Shown here one piece after another: positions 19,394-31,752 of a DNA stretch of 64,000 nucleotides. The DNA comes from Bifidobacteriaceae bacterium. Lineage in GTDB: Bacteria > Actinomycetota > Actinomycetes > Actinomycetales > WQXJ01. The DNA is taken from positions 3,408-67,407 of the forward strand of contig JAITJZ010000044.1 in NCBI GenBank assembly GCA_031278655.1, read 5' to 3'. Below the pieces are notes generated by a model. That model did not search any database. It saw only the letters and a program-made list of their open reading frames with translations, and was not told the DNA's origin. Made by a program: the position numbers and the translations under genes. How positions within the stretch are numbered: position 1 is the stretch's first letter; each line of letters starts with the position of its first letter.

Positions 19394-21604
19394 TCACCAA
19401 TCCGCCGCCACCTGTACGGACCTGGCGAACCCGCCGTTGCCCAAGCCCGCGTAATAGTTCACGATCCGGCTGGAGCCGTGGATGCCGCCGATGTCGGCCC
19501 GGCCGTCGCCGCTGAGGTCGCCGCCGGCGATCAACTCCCACTCCAACCAACCGGCGCCGGAGACGACCCGCGCCCCGAAGCCGCCGCCGCGCACGGCCGG
19601 ATAGCTGTAGAGCTTGCCGGCCGGATCGACCCCGAAGATGTCCGCCAGACCGTCGCCGTTGACATCCCCGGCGGCCGCGAACTGGAACGTCTTCCAGCCG
19701 GAGCCGACAACTTCGCCCCGGCCGGTGACGAAGCCGCCGCGGCCGTCGCCGCGGTAGAGCAGCAGCTGGCCGGTCGAGTTCTTGACCGCCAGCAGGTCCG
19801 GGTGGCCGTCGCCGTCCACGTCCCGCGAGCTCTTGGCCGTGTAGCCGATCCAGCCGTAGCCAATCCTGACCGGGGCGGCGAAGTCGCCGTCCCGCCCGGG
19901 GTAATACTGCAGGTCGCCCTTCGGCGAGATGGCCATCAGGTCGACCGTCCCGTCGCCGTTCCAGTCCCCCGGCGCCATCAGTGTGAAGGTGCTCCAGCCC
20001 GAGCCGATCTGGCGGGGCTCGCCCAGCGAGCCGCCCTGGCCGACGGGAAAGGCGAACAGCCGTCCCTTGGTGTCGACCGCCAAGATCTCGCCCCGGCCGT
20101 CGCCGTTCATGTCCGGCGAGATGACGACCTGGCTGTAGTTGGCGACCACGGCCGGTTGATAGGAGCGGATGACGTCGAGTTTGGCGTAGAGGTAGCGCCC
20201 TGGGCAGGTGGTCGCGTTGACGTCGCGGTGCCCGGCCACGATCGGCTTCGACTGCTGGCGCGGGTCGGCCGGGTAGACGGTCGAGCCTTTCAGGTTGGTG
20301 ATGCCGGCCAGCCCCAGGCGCCACGCCACCAGCCGCCCGGCCGCGTCGAGGGCCACAGCCGTCGGCTCGGCGGTCTCCATCGAGCCGAGGAAGCAGACGC
20401 CGGTGGTGCCGGTGTTGAACTCATAGGCGTGGGCGCCCACCACGTTGCGCTCAACCCCGCCTTGGCGCCCTTCCCAGACGCCGCCGTATTTGTCGATCAG
20501 GAAGTTGTAGCCGATGTCGTCCCAGCCGTTGTTGCCCATGTGCCAGCTTTGGATGGAGCGGATGATGCCCGGCACCTGCGCTTGGCTGTAGTTGTTGGTC
20601 CCCTCCTGGTGGTGCACTATCGCCCCGTGCAGTTTGGCGGCCACCACCGGCTCGCCCTTGGGCGTGTTGCCGGAGTAGTTGGCCGCGGCCGCGTTCCAGG
20701 CCGAGCGGGGGTTGATGGTCGGTTTGGCCGCCGATGCCGCCGCGGCCGCCCCCAGCGCCGCCGGGTTTCCAGCCGTTCCCGGCCAGGCGGCGGCCGTTGT
20801 GGTCCCCGGCGCCGAGGCGCCCGCCGAACCGGCCACCGCCGGGTCGACCGCCCCGGCGTCATCGGGACTCGGGTCGGCCTCTTGGGCGGTCAACGGCACC
20901 ACCGCCGGCGCGACGTCCTCAGGCAGGGCCCCGCCCGGCTGGGACAGGACTTGGACCTGGATGGCCGTGGCGCCGGCCACCACCAACGGATCGGTCCCGG
21001 CCTTGGCCCGCCGCCCCTCGGCGCTGTCCGGGTCCGGCCCGTCGGCCTGGTGCAACTCGAACCATTCGGTCCACTCGTCGTCCTGGTAGGCCCGCGCCAG
21101 GACGCGGCCGGGTTCGCCGTCGCCCTGCCAGGTCACGCCGGCGACCGAGAACTCGTCTGTCGCCAGCGCGTCCGTCACCAGGACGGCGACGGCGCCGTCC
21201 GGCTGGTCGAGGGCCACCTCGACCTGGCCCGCGGCGGCCGCGTCGAGCCGGGCGACGCCATCGACGGCCGCGGCCGGGGCCTGCGCCCGCGGGGCTGACG
21301 ACTCGTCCGGCTTGACCGCCAGCGGCTCGCCCGGCAGGTCCGTCAGCGCCTGGCTGACCGCCTCGGCCACCGCTTGCGGCTCAGCCTCTTGGGCGGACTC
21401 GGCCGGCGCCACCAGGACCAACGGCGCTGGGGCGGCGGCCTCGGCCGGCGCCGACGCCAACCAACCGGCGCCGACGGCGACGGCGACGGCGACGGCCATC
21501 GCCGCCGCCGCCGCCCGGCTTGCCCAGCGTGACCGCGCTCCACGGCAATCAGCGCTCGGGCGGCCAAGTTGATGACGATTGAGGGACGCGAGAAAACCCT
21601 TCAT
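19394..21604 (-). CDS. Secreted N-acetylmuramoyl-L-alanine amidase (Amidase_2/PGRP-type) with C-terminal FG-GAP/VCBS repeats
   Basis: 736 aa with a signal peptide ending APAEAAAP. Amidase_2-like core (AIVHHQEGTNNYS...WDDIGYNFLIDKYGGVWEGRQGG...VGAHAYEFNTGTTGVCFLG). Five or more Dx[ND]GDGxxD repeats (DMNGDGRGE, DWNGDGTVD, DVDGDGHPD, DVNGDGLAD, DLSGDGRAD). Confidence 0.85.
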   Translation of the reverse strand: MKGFLASLNRHQLGRPSADCRGARSRWASRAAAAAMAVAVAVAVGAGWLASAPAEAAAPAPLVLVAPAESAQEAEPQAVAEAVSQALTDLPGEPLAVKPDESSAPRAQAPAAAVDGVARLDAAAAGQVEVALDQPDGAVAVLVTDALATDEFSVAGVTWQGDGEPGRVLARAYQDDEWTEWFELHQADGPDPDSAEGRRAKAGTDPLVVAGATAIQVQVLSQPGGALPEDVAPAVVPLTAQEADPSPDDAGAVDPAVAGSAGASAPGTTTAAAWPGTAGNPAALGAAAAASAAKPTINPRSAWNAAAANYSGNTPKGEPVVAAKLHGAIVHHQEGTNNYSQAQVPGIIRSIQSWHMGNNGWDDIGYNFLIDKYGGVWEGRQGGVERNVVGAHAYEFNTGTTGVCFLGSMETAEPTAVALDAAGRLVAWRLGLAGITNLKGSTVYPADPRQQSKPIVAGHRDVNATTCPGRYLYAKLDVIRSYQPAVVANYSQVVISPDMNGDGRGEILAVDTKGRLFAFPVGQGGSLGEPRQIGSGWSTFTLMAPGDWNGDGTVDLMAISPKGDLQYYPGRDGDFAAPVRIGYGWIGYTAKSSRDVDGDGHPDLLAVKNSTGQLLLYRGDGRGGFVTGRGEVVGSGWKTFQFAAAGDVNGDGLADIFGVDPAGKLYSYPAVRGGGFGARVVSGAGWLEWELIAGGDLSGDGRADIGGIHGSSRIVNYYAGLGNGGFARSVQVAADW

Positions 21605-21791
21605 TGGAACACCAATCCTTCAGTTGCAGGGAAGAAAGCTAATGCGCAACTTTTCGCTCACTATTACACCACGCGCCCCGCGCGGCGCACCAATGCGCCG
21701 CCGGTGTTTCCACGCCCCGGACGGCGGCCACGCGCCGACACACGCCGCCGCGCGACTGGCCTGGCGTGCCCGGCTGCGGCAAGCTAGTCAG

Positions 21792-24044
21792 GTGACCTTT
21801 GCCAGCCAAGGCCGAGCGGCGCCCTTGCCCTTCCCCTCAAACCAAGTTCCAGGGGTGCGCCTGGCCGGCGACGGCATTGACGTGGCCGTGGCGGCGGCGC
21901 ACGCCACCGGCGTCGAACTGTGCCTCATCGACCAGCCTCACGGCCTGGACCAGAGCGAACGGCGCATCGACCTGGCGGGGCCGACCAACGGCCTTTTCCA
22001 CGGGCACGTCAGCGGCGTCGGCGCCGGTCAGCGCTACGGCTTCAGGGCGCGCGGGCCGTGGGACCCGTCCGCCGGCCATCTCTACAATCCCAACAAGCTC
22101 CTGCTCGACCCGTGGGGGCGCGGGATCGACGGCCAGCCGCTGCTGTCCCCGGCGCTGTACGCCCACAAGACCACGGCCGAGTTGGGCCCGGCCACCCGTC
22201 CGTGGGAGCCTGACGAGCGCGACTCGGCGCCCCACATGGCCTACTCGGTCGTCATCGACGAGGCCTTCGACTGGGGCGGCGTGACCCGGCCGGCCACCCC
22301 TTGGGAGCAGACGGTCATCATGGAGGGGCATGTGCGCGGCATGACCATGCTGCGCGAGGACATCCCCGCCGAGTTGCGCGGCACCTACGCCGGGCTGGCG
22401 CACCCGGCCTCGATCCGGCACTTGAGGGCCCTGGGCGTGACGGCCGTCGAGTTGCTGCCGATCCACGCCTGCTTGTCAGAGCCGCACCTGGCCGAGCAGG
22501 GCCTGTCGAATTATTGGGGCTACTCGACGCTGTCGTTCTTCTCCCCCAACCCGGCCTACGCCACGCGGGCGTCGCGGTTGGCAGGGCCCGATGCCGTTGG
22601 CCGGGAACTCAAGGGCATGGTCTCGCTGCTGCACCAGGCGGGCATCGAGGTCATCCTGGACGTGGTTTACAACCACACCTGCGAGGTTGGGCTCGGCGGG
22701 CCGACGGTCTGTTGGCGCGGGTTGGACAACCTGGCCTGGTACCTCCACGACGGTTCGGTCCCCGCCCGCTACGCCGACGTCACCGGCACCGGCAACACCC
22801 TCGACTTCCGGCGGGCGGCGACCGTCGGCATGGCGCTGGACTCGCTGCGGCACTGGGTCGAGGAATACCAGATCGACGGTTTCCGCTACGACCTGGCGGT
22901 GACCCTGGCGCGCGCCTACTCCGGTTTCGAGCCCGACCACCCTTTCCTGGTCGGTTTGCGCACGGACCCGGCCTTGCGCCAGGTCAAACACATCGCCGAA
23001 CCGTGGGATTTGGGGCCGGGGGGCTGGCAGACCGGCTCCTTCCCAGTGCCGATCGCGGCCTGGAACGACTATTTCCGGGGCGATGTGCGCTCCTTCTGGT
23101 TGACCGGACCCAAGGAGATGTCGGCCGGACGGCGTCCGCCGTCCGCCCGCGACCTGGCCACCCGCTTCTCCGGCAGCGCCGACCTGTTCTCACGCTCCGA
23201 TCCGATGGGCAACCACGGGCCGATCGGCTCGATCAACTTCGTCACCGCCCACGACGGCTTCACCATGCGCGACCTGGTCTGCTTCGACTACAAGCACAAC
23301 CAGTCCAACGGCGAGAACAACCGCGACGGCTCGGACGACAATCGCTCCTGGAACCACGGCCTCGAGGGCTTGATCATCGACAGCGGGTTCAGCGGCGTGG
23401 CCGGCAGCGACTTGGGTTTCGACGCCATCGCCTCGCTGCGCCGGCGTTCGATCCGCAACCTGTTCGCCACCCTGGCCTTTTCTTCAGGCGTGCCCATGTA
23501 TTGCGCCGGCGACGAGTTCGGCCGCACGCAGTGGGGCAACAACAACGCCTACTGCCAGGACGGGCCGATCTCCTGGCTGGACTGGGAGTTGGTGGCCTGG
23601 CAGCGGGACTTGTTGATGACGGTTCGCCACCTCTTCTCGCTGCGCCGGACGCATCCGGCCTTGCGCCCCGCCGCCTATCTGACCGGCGAGCCGTCGCCGG
23701 ACGGTCTGCCGGACCTGGGCTGGTACTCATTCGACGGCCGCCCGGCCACCGCCGCGAAGTGGCACGACTCGCATTTCCGGGCGGTCCAAATGCTGCGCCA
23801 CAGCCCCTCGGCCGCCGCCCGCGACGCGCTTGTGGTCATCAACGGCGACCTCGATGGCCACGATTGCCGGCTGGCGCCGGCCAAGCCCGGCGCCGTCTGG
23901 GAGCTGGTCTGGGACTCGACCTGGGACCAGCCCGATGACCGCACGCTCTCGGACGGGCTCGAAGGCCCCCTCGAGGCGGCGGGCGGGCAGGACGTCCCGG
24001 TCCATCTGCTCTCGATCCGGCTGTACCTGTCCAAGCCGCGCTGA
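21792..24044 (+). CDS. glgX: Glycogen debranching enzyme
   Basis: GH13 motifs VILDVVYNHT, IDGFRYDLA, AEPWD and FVTAHDGFT. The ORF opens at 21579, but the first ~210 nt are AT-richer promoter-like sequence shared with the divergent amidase gene. Start set at GTG 21792; ATG 21642 and 21693 are alternatives. Confidence 0.88.
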   Translation: MTFASQGRAAPLPFPSNQVPGVRLAGDGIDVAVAAAHATGVELCLIDQPHGLDQSERRIDLAGPTNGLFHGHVSGVGAGQRYGFRARGPWDPSAGHLYNPNKLLLDPWGRGIDGQPLLSPALYAHKTTAELGPATRPWEPDERDSAPHMAYSVVIDEAFDWGGVTRPATPWEQTVIMEGHVRGMTMLREDIPAELRGTYAGLAHPASIRHLRALGVTAVELLPIHACLSEPHLAEQGLSNYWGYSTLSFFSPNPAYATRASRLAGPDAVGRELKGMVSLLHQAGIEVILDVVYNHTCEVGLGGPTVCWRGLDNLAWYLHDGSVPARYADVTGTGNTLDFRRAATVGMALDSLRHWVEEYQIDGFRYDLAVTLARAYSGFEPDHPFLVGLRTDPALRQVKHIAEPWDLGPGGWQTGSFPVPIAAWNDYFRGDVRSFWLTGPKEMSAGRRPPSARDLATRFSGSADLFSRSDPMGNHGPIGSINFVTAHDGFTMRDLVCFDYKHNQSNGENNRDGSDDNRSWNHGLEGLIIDSGFSGVAGSDLGFDAIASLRRRSIRNLFATLAFSSGVPMYCAGDEFGRTQWGNNNAYCQDGPISWLDWELVAWQRDLLMTVRHLFSLRRTHPALRPAAYLTGEPSPDGLPDLGWYSFDGRPATAAKWHDSHFRAVQMLRHSPSAAARDALVVINGDLDGHDCRLAPAKPGAVWELVWDSTWDQPDDRTLSDGLEGPLEAAGGQDVPVHLLSIRLYLSKPR

Positions 24045-24046
24045 CG

Positions 24047-24064
24047 CCGCGCCCCGGGGCGCGG
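24047..24064 (+). terminator. Perfect GC palindrome just after the glgX stop (factor-independent terminator candidate, no U tract)
   Basis: CCGCGCCCC/GGGGCGCGG starts 3 nt after the TGA. It sits in the 71-bp convergent gap between glgX and glgP. Confidence 0.35.
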
Positions 24065-24115
24065 ACTGAGTGCGGACGGGGCGCGGACTGAGTGCGGACG
24101 GAGTTCAGCCGGGGT

Positions 24116-26686
24116 TCAGGCGGATGCGATCAGGCCCAGATCGGCGGACGTGACCAGCAGGGCGTGCTTCGGGACCATCCGAACCGTGTAGCCGAAGGGG
24201 CCCGAGCGGCCCAGCGACACGCTCCCGGAGAAGGCGAACCGGCCGCCGCCAAGGGCTTCGCCCGCCGCCAGCGACTCGGTCTGGTAACCGGCCTTGAGGG
24301 CGTCGCCCTCGGTCGCGTGCCCGTACGCCACCTGCACGTCCACGTCATCGGGCGTCAAATCGCCGAGCGCCACGTAAGCGGTGATCGTGACCACGTCGCC
24401 GACGTGCGCCACGTCGCCAACCCCGCCGGACTCGACATGCTCGACCCGCGCCGACGGCCAGGCGGCGCGGACCCGCTGCTTCCAGGCCGCCAAGTCCTTG
24501 GCCCCGGCCAGCGAGTCGGCCGCCAGGCGGCGCCCCAGGTCCGCGGCCGGCGCGTAAAGCCGCTCGACGTATTCCGCCACCATCCGGGTGGCCTGCACCT
24601 TCGGCCCCAAGGTGGCCAGTGTGTGGCGGACCATCTCCAACCAGGTGACCGGCAGGCCGCGCCCGTCGCGGGCGTAGAAACGCGGCGCCACCTGCAACTC
24701 GATCAGGTCGTAGAGGGCCGCCGCCTCGAGGTCGTCGCGGCGGGACGGATCGTCCACGCCATCGGCGGTGGGGATGGCCCAGCCGTTGCGGGCGTCGAAC
24801 CACTCGTCCCACCAGCCGTCAAGGATCGACAGGTTGAGGGCGCCGTTGATGGCGGCCTTCATCCCAGACGTGCCGCAGGCCTCCAAAGGCCGCAGCGGGT
24901 TGTTCAACCAGACGTCGCAGCCGGGGAACAGCGACTCGGCCATGTCCATGTCGTAATTCGGCAGAAAGACGATCCGGCCGCGCACGTCTTGGTCGTCCGT
25001 GAAGCGCACCAACTCCTGAATCAGGGACTTGCCTTGCTCGTCGGCCGGGTGCGACTTGCCGGCGATCACCAGTTGGATGGGCCGCTCCGGGTCGGTCAGC
25101 AGCGCCTTCAGGCGTTCCGGGTCGCGCAGCATCAAGGTCAGGCGCTTGTAGGTGGGCACGCGCCGGGCGAAGCCAATGGTCAGCACGTCGGCGGAGAGGG
25201 CCGAGTCGATCCAGCCGAGTTCCGCCGGGGAGGCCCCGCGTTTCATGTATGAGGCCCGCAGCCGCCGGCGCGCCTCCGCCACCAGCCGCGCCCGCGACGC
25301 CCGGCGCAGGTCCCAAAGCGCCTGATCGGAGACCACGGCCGCGTCCAGCCAGCCCTCTGAGCCCTGCGCGTCCGGGCCCTCGCCCACATGCAGGCTCTCC
25401 AATTCGCCGTAGGTGCGGTCCAACCAGGTGGGCGAGTGGACGCCGTTGGTGACGGACGTGATCGGCACCTCGTCGTGGTCGAAGCCCGGCCACAGCCCGG
25501 AGAACATTGACCGCGAGACCTTGCCGTGGAGCACGGAGACGGCGTTGGCGCGCCCGCCCAGGCGCAGGCCCATGACCGCCATGTTGAAAACTTCCGGGTC
25601 GCCGCCGGCGTAGGTCTCGGCCCCGAGGGCCAGGACCTGTTCCACCGGCACGCCGGGGATGGCCAGGTCGCCGCTGAAGTACTTGGCCACAAGGGGGGCG
25701 TCGAAGCGGTCGATCCCGGCCGGGACGGGCGTGTGGGTGGTGAAGACGGTCGAGCCGCGGGCCGCCTCCAAGCCTTCGGCGAAGCTCATGCCCTGGGCGA
25801 CGTATTCCTTGATCCGCTCGATCCCAAGGAAACCGGCGTGGCCCTCATTGGTGTGGAAGACCTCGGGCGCGGCCGCCCCGGCCAGACGCGAATAGACGCG
25901 CAGGGCTTTGACGCCGCCCATGCCCAGGAGCAGTTCCTGGAGCAGCCGGTGCTCGCCGCCGCCGCCGTAGAGGCGGTCGGTGACGGTGCGGGCGGCGTCA
26001 TCGTTGGACGGGATGTTGGAGTCCAGAAGCAGCAACGGCACCCGCCCGACCTGCGCTTTGAGCACATGGGCGGCCAAGCGCCGCCCGCCGGGCAGATCCA
26101 ACGAGACCTCGACCGGTTTGCCGTCCGGCTCGCGCAGCGCCGCCAGCGGCAGCCCGTCCGGGTCCAGCACCGGGTAGGTCTCCGACTGCCAGCCGTCGCG
26201 CGTCAGCGATTGCTTGAAATAGCCGGCCTGATAGAACAGCCCCACGCCGATGATCGGCACGCCCAGGTCGGAGGCGGATTTGAGGTGGTCCCCGGCCAGG
26301 ATCCCAAGGCCGCCGGAGTACTGCGGCAGCACCGCCGTGATGCCGAACTCCGGCGAGAAGTAGGCGATCGACTTGGGCGCCTGCGCCCCAAGCCCCTGGT
26401 ACCAACGCGGCTGGTCCATGTAGCGCGCCAGTTCGGCGGCGGCCTGCTGGACCTGTTCGACAAAGCCGCGCTGCCCGGCCAGTTCCGCCAGCCGGTCGGG
26501 TTCCAGTGCCCCGAGCAGTTGCACCGGGTCGCCGTGGACTTGGCGCCAGATCTCCGGCGCGATGGCCTCGAACAGGTCGCGCGTCGGGGCGTGCCACGAC
26601 CAGCGCAGATTGGTGGCCAATTGGTCAAGCGCCGAAATCGACTCCGGCAGCACCGTGCGGACGGTGAATCGTCGTATCACTCTCAC
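24116..26686 (-). CDS. glgP: Alpha-glucan (maltodextrin/glycogen) phosphorylase, alpha-glucan family
   Basis: 856 aa. N-terminus RRFTVRTVLPESISALDQLATNLRWSWH. GLGILAGDHLKSASDLG. PLP-Lys context TSGMKAAINGALNLSILDGWW. Confidence 0.93.
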   Translation of the reverse strand: MRVIRRFTVRTVLPESISALDQLATNLRWSWHAPTRDLFEAIAPEIWRQVHGDPVQLLGALEPDRLAELAGQRGFVEQVQQAAAELARYMDQPRWYQGLGAQAPKSIAYFSPEFGITAVLPQYSGGLGILAGDHLKSASDLGVPIIGVGLFYQAGYFKQSLTRDGWQSETYPVLDPDGLPLAALREPDGKPVEVSLDLPGGRRLAAHVLKAQVGRVPLLLLDSNIPSNDDAARTVTDRLYGGGGEHRLLQELLLGMGGVKALRVYSRLAGAAAPEVFHTNEGHAGFLGIERIKEYVAQGMSFAEGLEAARGSTVFTTHTPVPAGIDRFDAPLVAKYFSGDLAIPGVPVEQVLALGAETYAGGDPEVFNMAVMGLRLGGRANAVSVLHGKVSRSMFSGLWPGFDHDEVPITSVTNGVHSPTWLDRTYGELESLHVGEGPDAQGSEGWLDAAVVSDQALWDLRRASRARLVAEARRRLRASYMKRGASPAELGWIDSALSADVLTIGFARRVPTYKRLTLMLRDPERLKALLTDPERPIQLVIAGKSHPADEQGKSLIQELVRFTDDQDVRGRIVFLPNYDMDMAESLFPGCDVWLNNPLRPLEACGTSGMKAAINGALNLSILDGWWDEWFDARNGWAIPTADGVDDPSRRDDLEAAALYDLIELQVAPRFYARDGRGLPVTWLEMVRHTLATLGPKVQATRMVAEYVERLYAPAADLGRRLAADSLAGAKDLAAWKQRVRAAWPSARVEHVESGGVGDVAHVGDVVTITAYVALGDLTPDDVDVQVAYGHATEGDALKAGYQTESLAAGEALGGGRFAFSGSVSLGRSGPFGYTVRMVPKHALLVTSADLGLIASA

Positions 26687-26820
26687 CCGCGCGAGCCTAC
26701 CCTGATTTTGGCAAGGGACGTAGGTCTCAGCTCCCTTCGGCCCGCCGCCGCGCCCAATATCATCCCAGCCAGCCGGTCCGGTGGCGCCCGCCGCCGCCGA
26801 TCTGGCCTACCGTATTAGGG

Positions 26821-29058
<2,238 letters not shown>

Positions 29059-29071
29059 CAGAGTTAACACC

Positions 29072-31249
29072 ATGAGTAGCTCCGTACCCCTGCCAGTCGA
29101 TTCATCGGTGCTCTGGGCCGTGGCCCACGGGATGTATTACGACCCCCATTCGGTGCTGGGGCCGCACGTCCACGACGGCGCGGTCACCATCCGGACGCTG
29201 CGGCCGTTGGCGGACGCGGTCGCCTTTGTGACGCCGGACGCTCGCGTCGAGGCCCGCCACGAACAGGACGGCGTCTGGTTGGCGGTGGTGGCCGGAGACT
29301 CGGTGCCGGATTACCGCGTCGAAGTCACCTACGGCGACCTGACCAGCCTGGTCGATGACCCTTATCGCTTCCTGCCGACCCTCGGCGAACTCGATTTGCA
29401 GTTGATCCACGAGGGCCGCCACGAGGAGTTGTGGCGGGCGCTGGGGGCGCGCGTGCGCCATTATCCCTCGGTCATGGGCGAGGTCACGGGCACGTCGTTC
29501 GCGGTCTGGGCGCCGGACGCCCAAGCCGTGCGCGTCATCGGCGACTTCAACTCCTGGACCTCCGGCGCGACCGCCATGCGCTCCCTGGGGGCGGCCGGCG
29601 TCTGGGAGGTTTTTGTGCCCGGGGTGGGCCCCGGCGCCAAGTACAAGTACGAGCTCCAAACCCGCGACGGCAACTGGATTCAGAAGGCCGACCCGATGGC
29701 GCGCCTGGCGGAGGTCCCCCCGGCGACGGCTTCCGTGGTCGAAGACTCCCACTACCAGTGGCAGGACGGCGACTGGATGGCTGGCCGCGCCCAGGCCAAC
29801 CCGCACAACGGGCCGATGTCCGTCTACGAGGTCCACATCGGCTCCTGGCATGAGGGCCTGGGTTACCGCGAGCTGGCGGACGAACTGGTCGAATACGTCT
29901 CAACCATGGGTTTCACCCATGTCGAGTTCATGCCGGTGGCAGAGCACCCCTACACGCCGTCCTGGGGCTACCAGGTGACCGGCTACTACGCGCCGACCTC
30001 GCGCTGGGGCTCCCCGGACGACTTCCGCCTCCTGATCGACCGGCTGCACCAGGCGGGCGTCGGCGTCATCTTGGACTGGGTGCCGGCGCACTTCCCCAAG
30101 GACGCCTTCGCGCTGGCCCGCTTCGACGGCTCCGCCCTCTACGAGTACCCGGACCCGCAGCGCGGCGAGCACCCCGACTGGGGCACATTGGTGTTCAACT
30201 TCGGGCGGGTCGAAGTCCGCAACTTCTTGGTCGCCAACGCCTGCTACTGGTTGGAGGAGTTCCACGCCGACGGCCTCAGGGTGGACGCCGTCGCCTCGAT
30301 GCTGTACCTGGATTACTCGCGCGAGCCCGGCCAGTGGACCCCGAACGCCTACGGCGGCCGCGAGAACCTTGAGGCCATCTCCTTCCTCCAGGAGGCCACC
30401 GCCACCGCTTACAAGCGCTACCCGGGGATCGTCATGATCGCCGAGGAGTCGACGGCTTGGCCCGGCGTGACCGCCCCGACCAGCGGCGGCGGCCTCGGCT
30501 TCGGCTTCAAATGGAATATGGGCTGGATGAATGACACCCTCCGCTACCTGCGCGAGGACCCGGTCAACCGGAAGTACCACCACGGCGAGATCACCTTCTC
30601 CATGGTCTACGCCTTCTCCGAGAACTATTGCCTGCCGCTCAGCCACGACGAGGTGGTCCACGGCAAGGGGTCGCTGTTGGCGAAGATGCCCGGCGACCGC
30701 TGGCAGAAGCTGGCGGGCCTGCGCGCCCTCTACGCCTACATGTGGTCCCACCCCGGCAAGCAGTTGCTGTTCATGGGCGGCGAGTTGGGCCAGGAGGGCG
30801 AGTGGTCCGAGCGCTGGTCGCTCGACTGGTGGCTGCTCGACCAGCCGGACCACGCCGGGCTGGCCGCGCTGGTCAGGTCCCTGAACCAGCTTTATCGCGG
30901 GCGCCCGGCTTTGTGGGATCAGGATTCGGACCCGGCCACTTTTGAGTGGATCGACGCGGACGATGCCGACCACAACGTTTTGGCGTATTTGCGCACGTCA
31001 CGCGATGGGGCCAAGTTGGCGGCCGTCATCAACTTCGCCGGCGTCCCCCATCAGGGCTACCGCTTGGCCCTGCCGGAGGGCGGGACTTGGAAGGAAATCC
31101 TGAACACCGACGCGCCCGCCTTTGGCGGCTCGGGCGTCGGCAACCTGGGCGCCGTCCAGGCCGAGGAGTTGGAGTGGCACGGCCGCCCCTATTCCGCCTC
31201 GATCCAGGTGCCCCCGCTGGGCGCGGTCTGGTTCGAGCCCGAGTCCTGA
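29072..31249 (+). CDS. glgB: 1,4-alpha-glucan branching enzyme
   Basis: 725 aa. GH13 motifs [35 protein letters not shown] and [14 protein letters not shown]. Confidence 0.96.
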   Translation: MSSSVPLPVDSSVLWAVAHGMYYDPHSVLGPHVHDGAVTIRTLRPLADAVAFVTPDARVEARHEQDGVWLAVVAGDSVPDYRVEVTYGDLTSLVDDPYRFLPTLGELDLQLIHEGRHEELWRALGARVRHYPSVMGEVTGTSFAVWAPDAQAVRVIGDFNSWTSGATAMRSLGAAGVWEVFVPGVGPGAKYKYELQTRDGNWIQKADPMARLAEVPPATASVVEDSHYQWQDGDWMAGRAQANPHNGPMSVYEVHIGSWHEGLGYRELADELVEYVSTMGFTHVEFMPVAEHPYTPSWGYQVTGYYAPTSRWGSPDDFRLLIDRLHQAGVGVILDWVPAHFPKDAFALARFDGSALYEYPDPQRGEHPDWGTLVFNFGRVEVRNFLVANACYWLEEFHADGLRVDAVASMLYLDYSREPGQWTPNAYGGRENLEAISFLQEATATAYKRYPGIVMIAEESTAWPGVTAPTSGGGLGFGFKWNMGWMNDTLRYLREDPVNRKYHHGEITFSMVYAFSENYCLPLSHDEVVHGKGSLLAKMPGDRWQKLAGLRALYAYMWSHPGKQLLFMGGELGQEGEWSERWSLDWWLLDQPDHAGLAALVRSLNQLYRGRPALWDQDSDPATFEWIDADDADHNVLAYLRTSRDGAKLAAVINFAGVPHQGYRLALPEGGTWKEILNTDAPAFGGSGVGNLGAVQAEELEWHGRPYSASIQVPPLGAVWFEPES

Positions 31250-31256
31250 CCGCCCC

Positions 31257-31340
31257 GAAATGGGGACGGTCCCATTTTCAGCAAGCTCCCATGAAATGGG
31301 GACGGTGAAATGGGGACGGTCCCATTTTCAGCGAGCTCCC
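31257..31340 (+). repeat. REP-like units, direct orientation (2 full copies plus 1 truncated)
   Basis: AAATGGGGACGGTCCCATTTTCAGC(A/G)AGCTCCC at 31258-31290 and 31308-31340. A truncated AAATGGGGACGGTG sits at 31294-31307. The core GGGGACGGTCCC is an imperfect palindrome. The units are followed by CCTTGGAGCGCG x2. Confidence 0.85.
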
Positions 31341-31620
31341 AGCCTTGGAGCGCGGCCTTGGAGCGCGCCCTCGCAGCGCGGCCGGTCGACGTGTTCCCCC
31401 TCTGGCCAATCGCCTCCCCGGCGGCGGGGCCGTGCGCGACGTGACGGCGGCCCTCACGCAGGCGGGCTGGGAGTTGGGCGGCGCGTCCGGACGGCCCTGA
31501 CGGCATCGGGCACCAGGTCGGTCGCTTGCCTGCCTGCCCGGCCCTGCACCCGACCGGCCACGGTCACACCGAGCGCGACGGCTGGCGGACAATCGCTGGT
31601 CCGGGGCACGCTCCGGCCAC

Positions 31621-31667
31621 CTGGGAGTGCGCTGGGTGTTTGCTGGTAATGGGACCGTCCCCATTAG
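31621..31667 (-). repeat. REP-like unit, inverted orientation (with internal insertion)
   Basis: CTGGGAGTGCGCTGGGTGTTTGCTGGTAATGGGACCGTCCCCATTAG is the reverse complement of the forward unit, interrupted by extra bases. Confidence 0.8.
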
Positions 31668-31752
31668 TTAGGTGGCGCGGCGCGGCTCGACGGGGCAAGC
31701 TGGAGGCAAGCATCCCGCTGGGCTCCGCCCGGAGCGGAGAGAGGACACCACC

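Noticed and set aside
21605-21791. Riboswitch (for example a c-di-AMP/ydaO type, known upstream of actinobacterial cell-wall hydrolases) ahead of the amidase gene
   Set aside because: I could not recognise conserved ydaO-type elements. A TAATAG -10-like hexamer about 55 nt from the ATG suggests a short leader. An Infernal scan is needed to exclude it formally.
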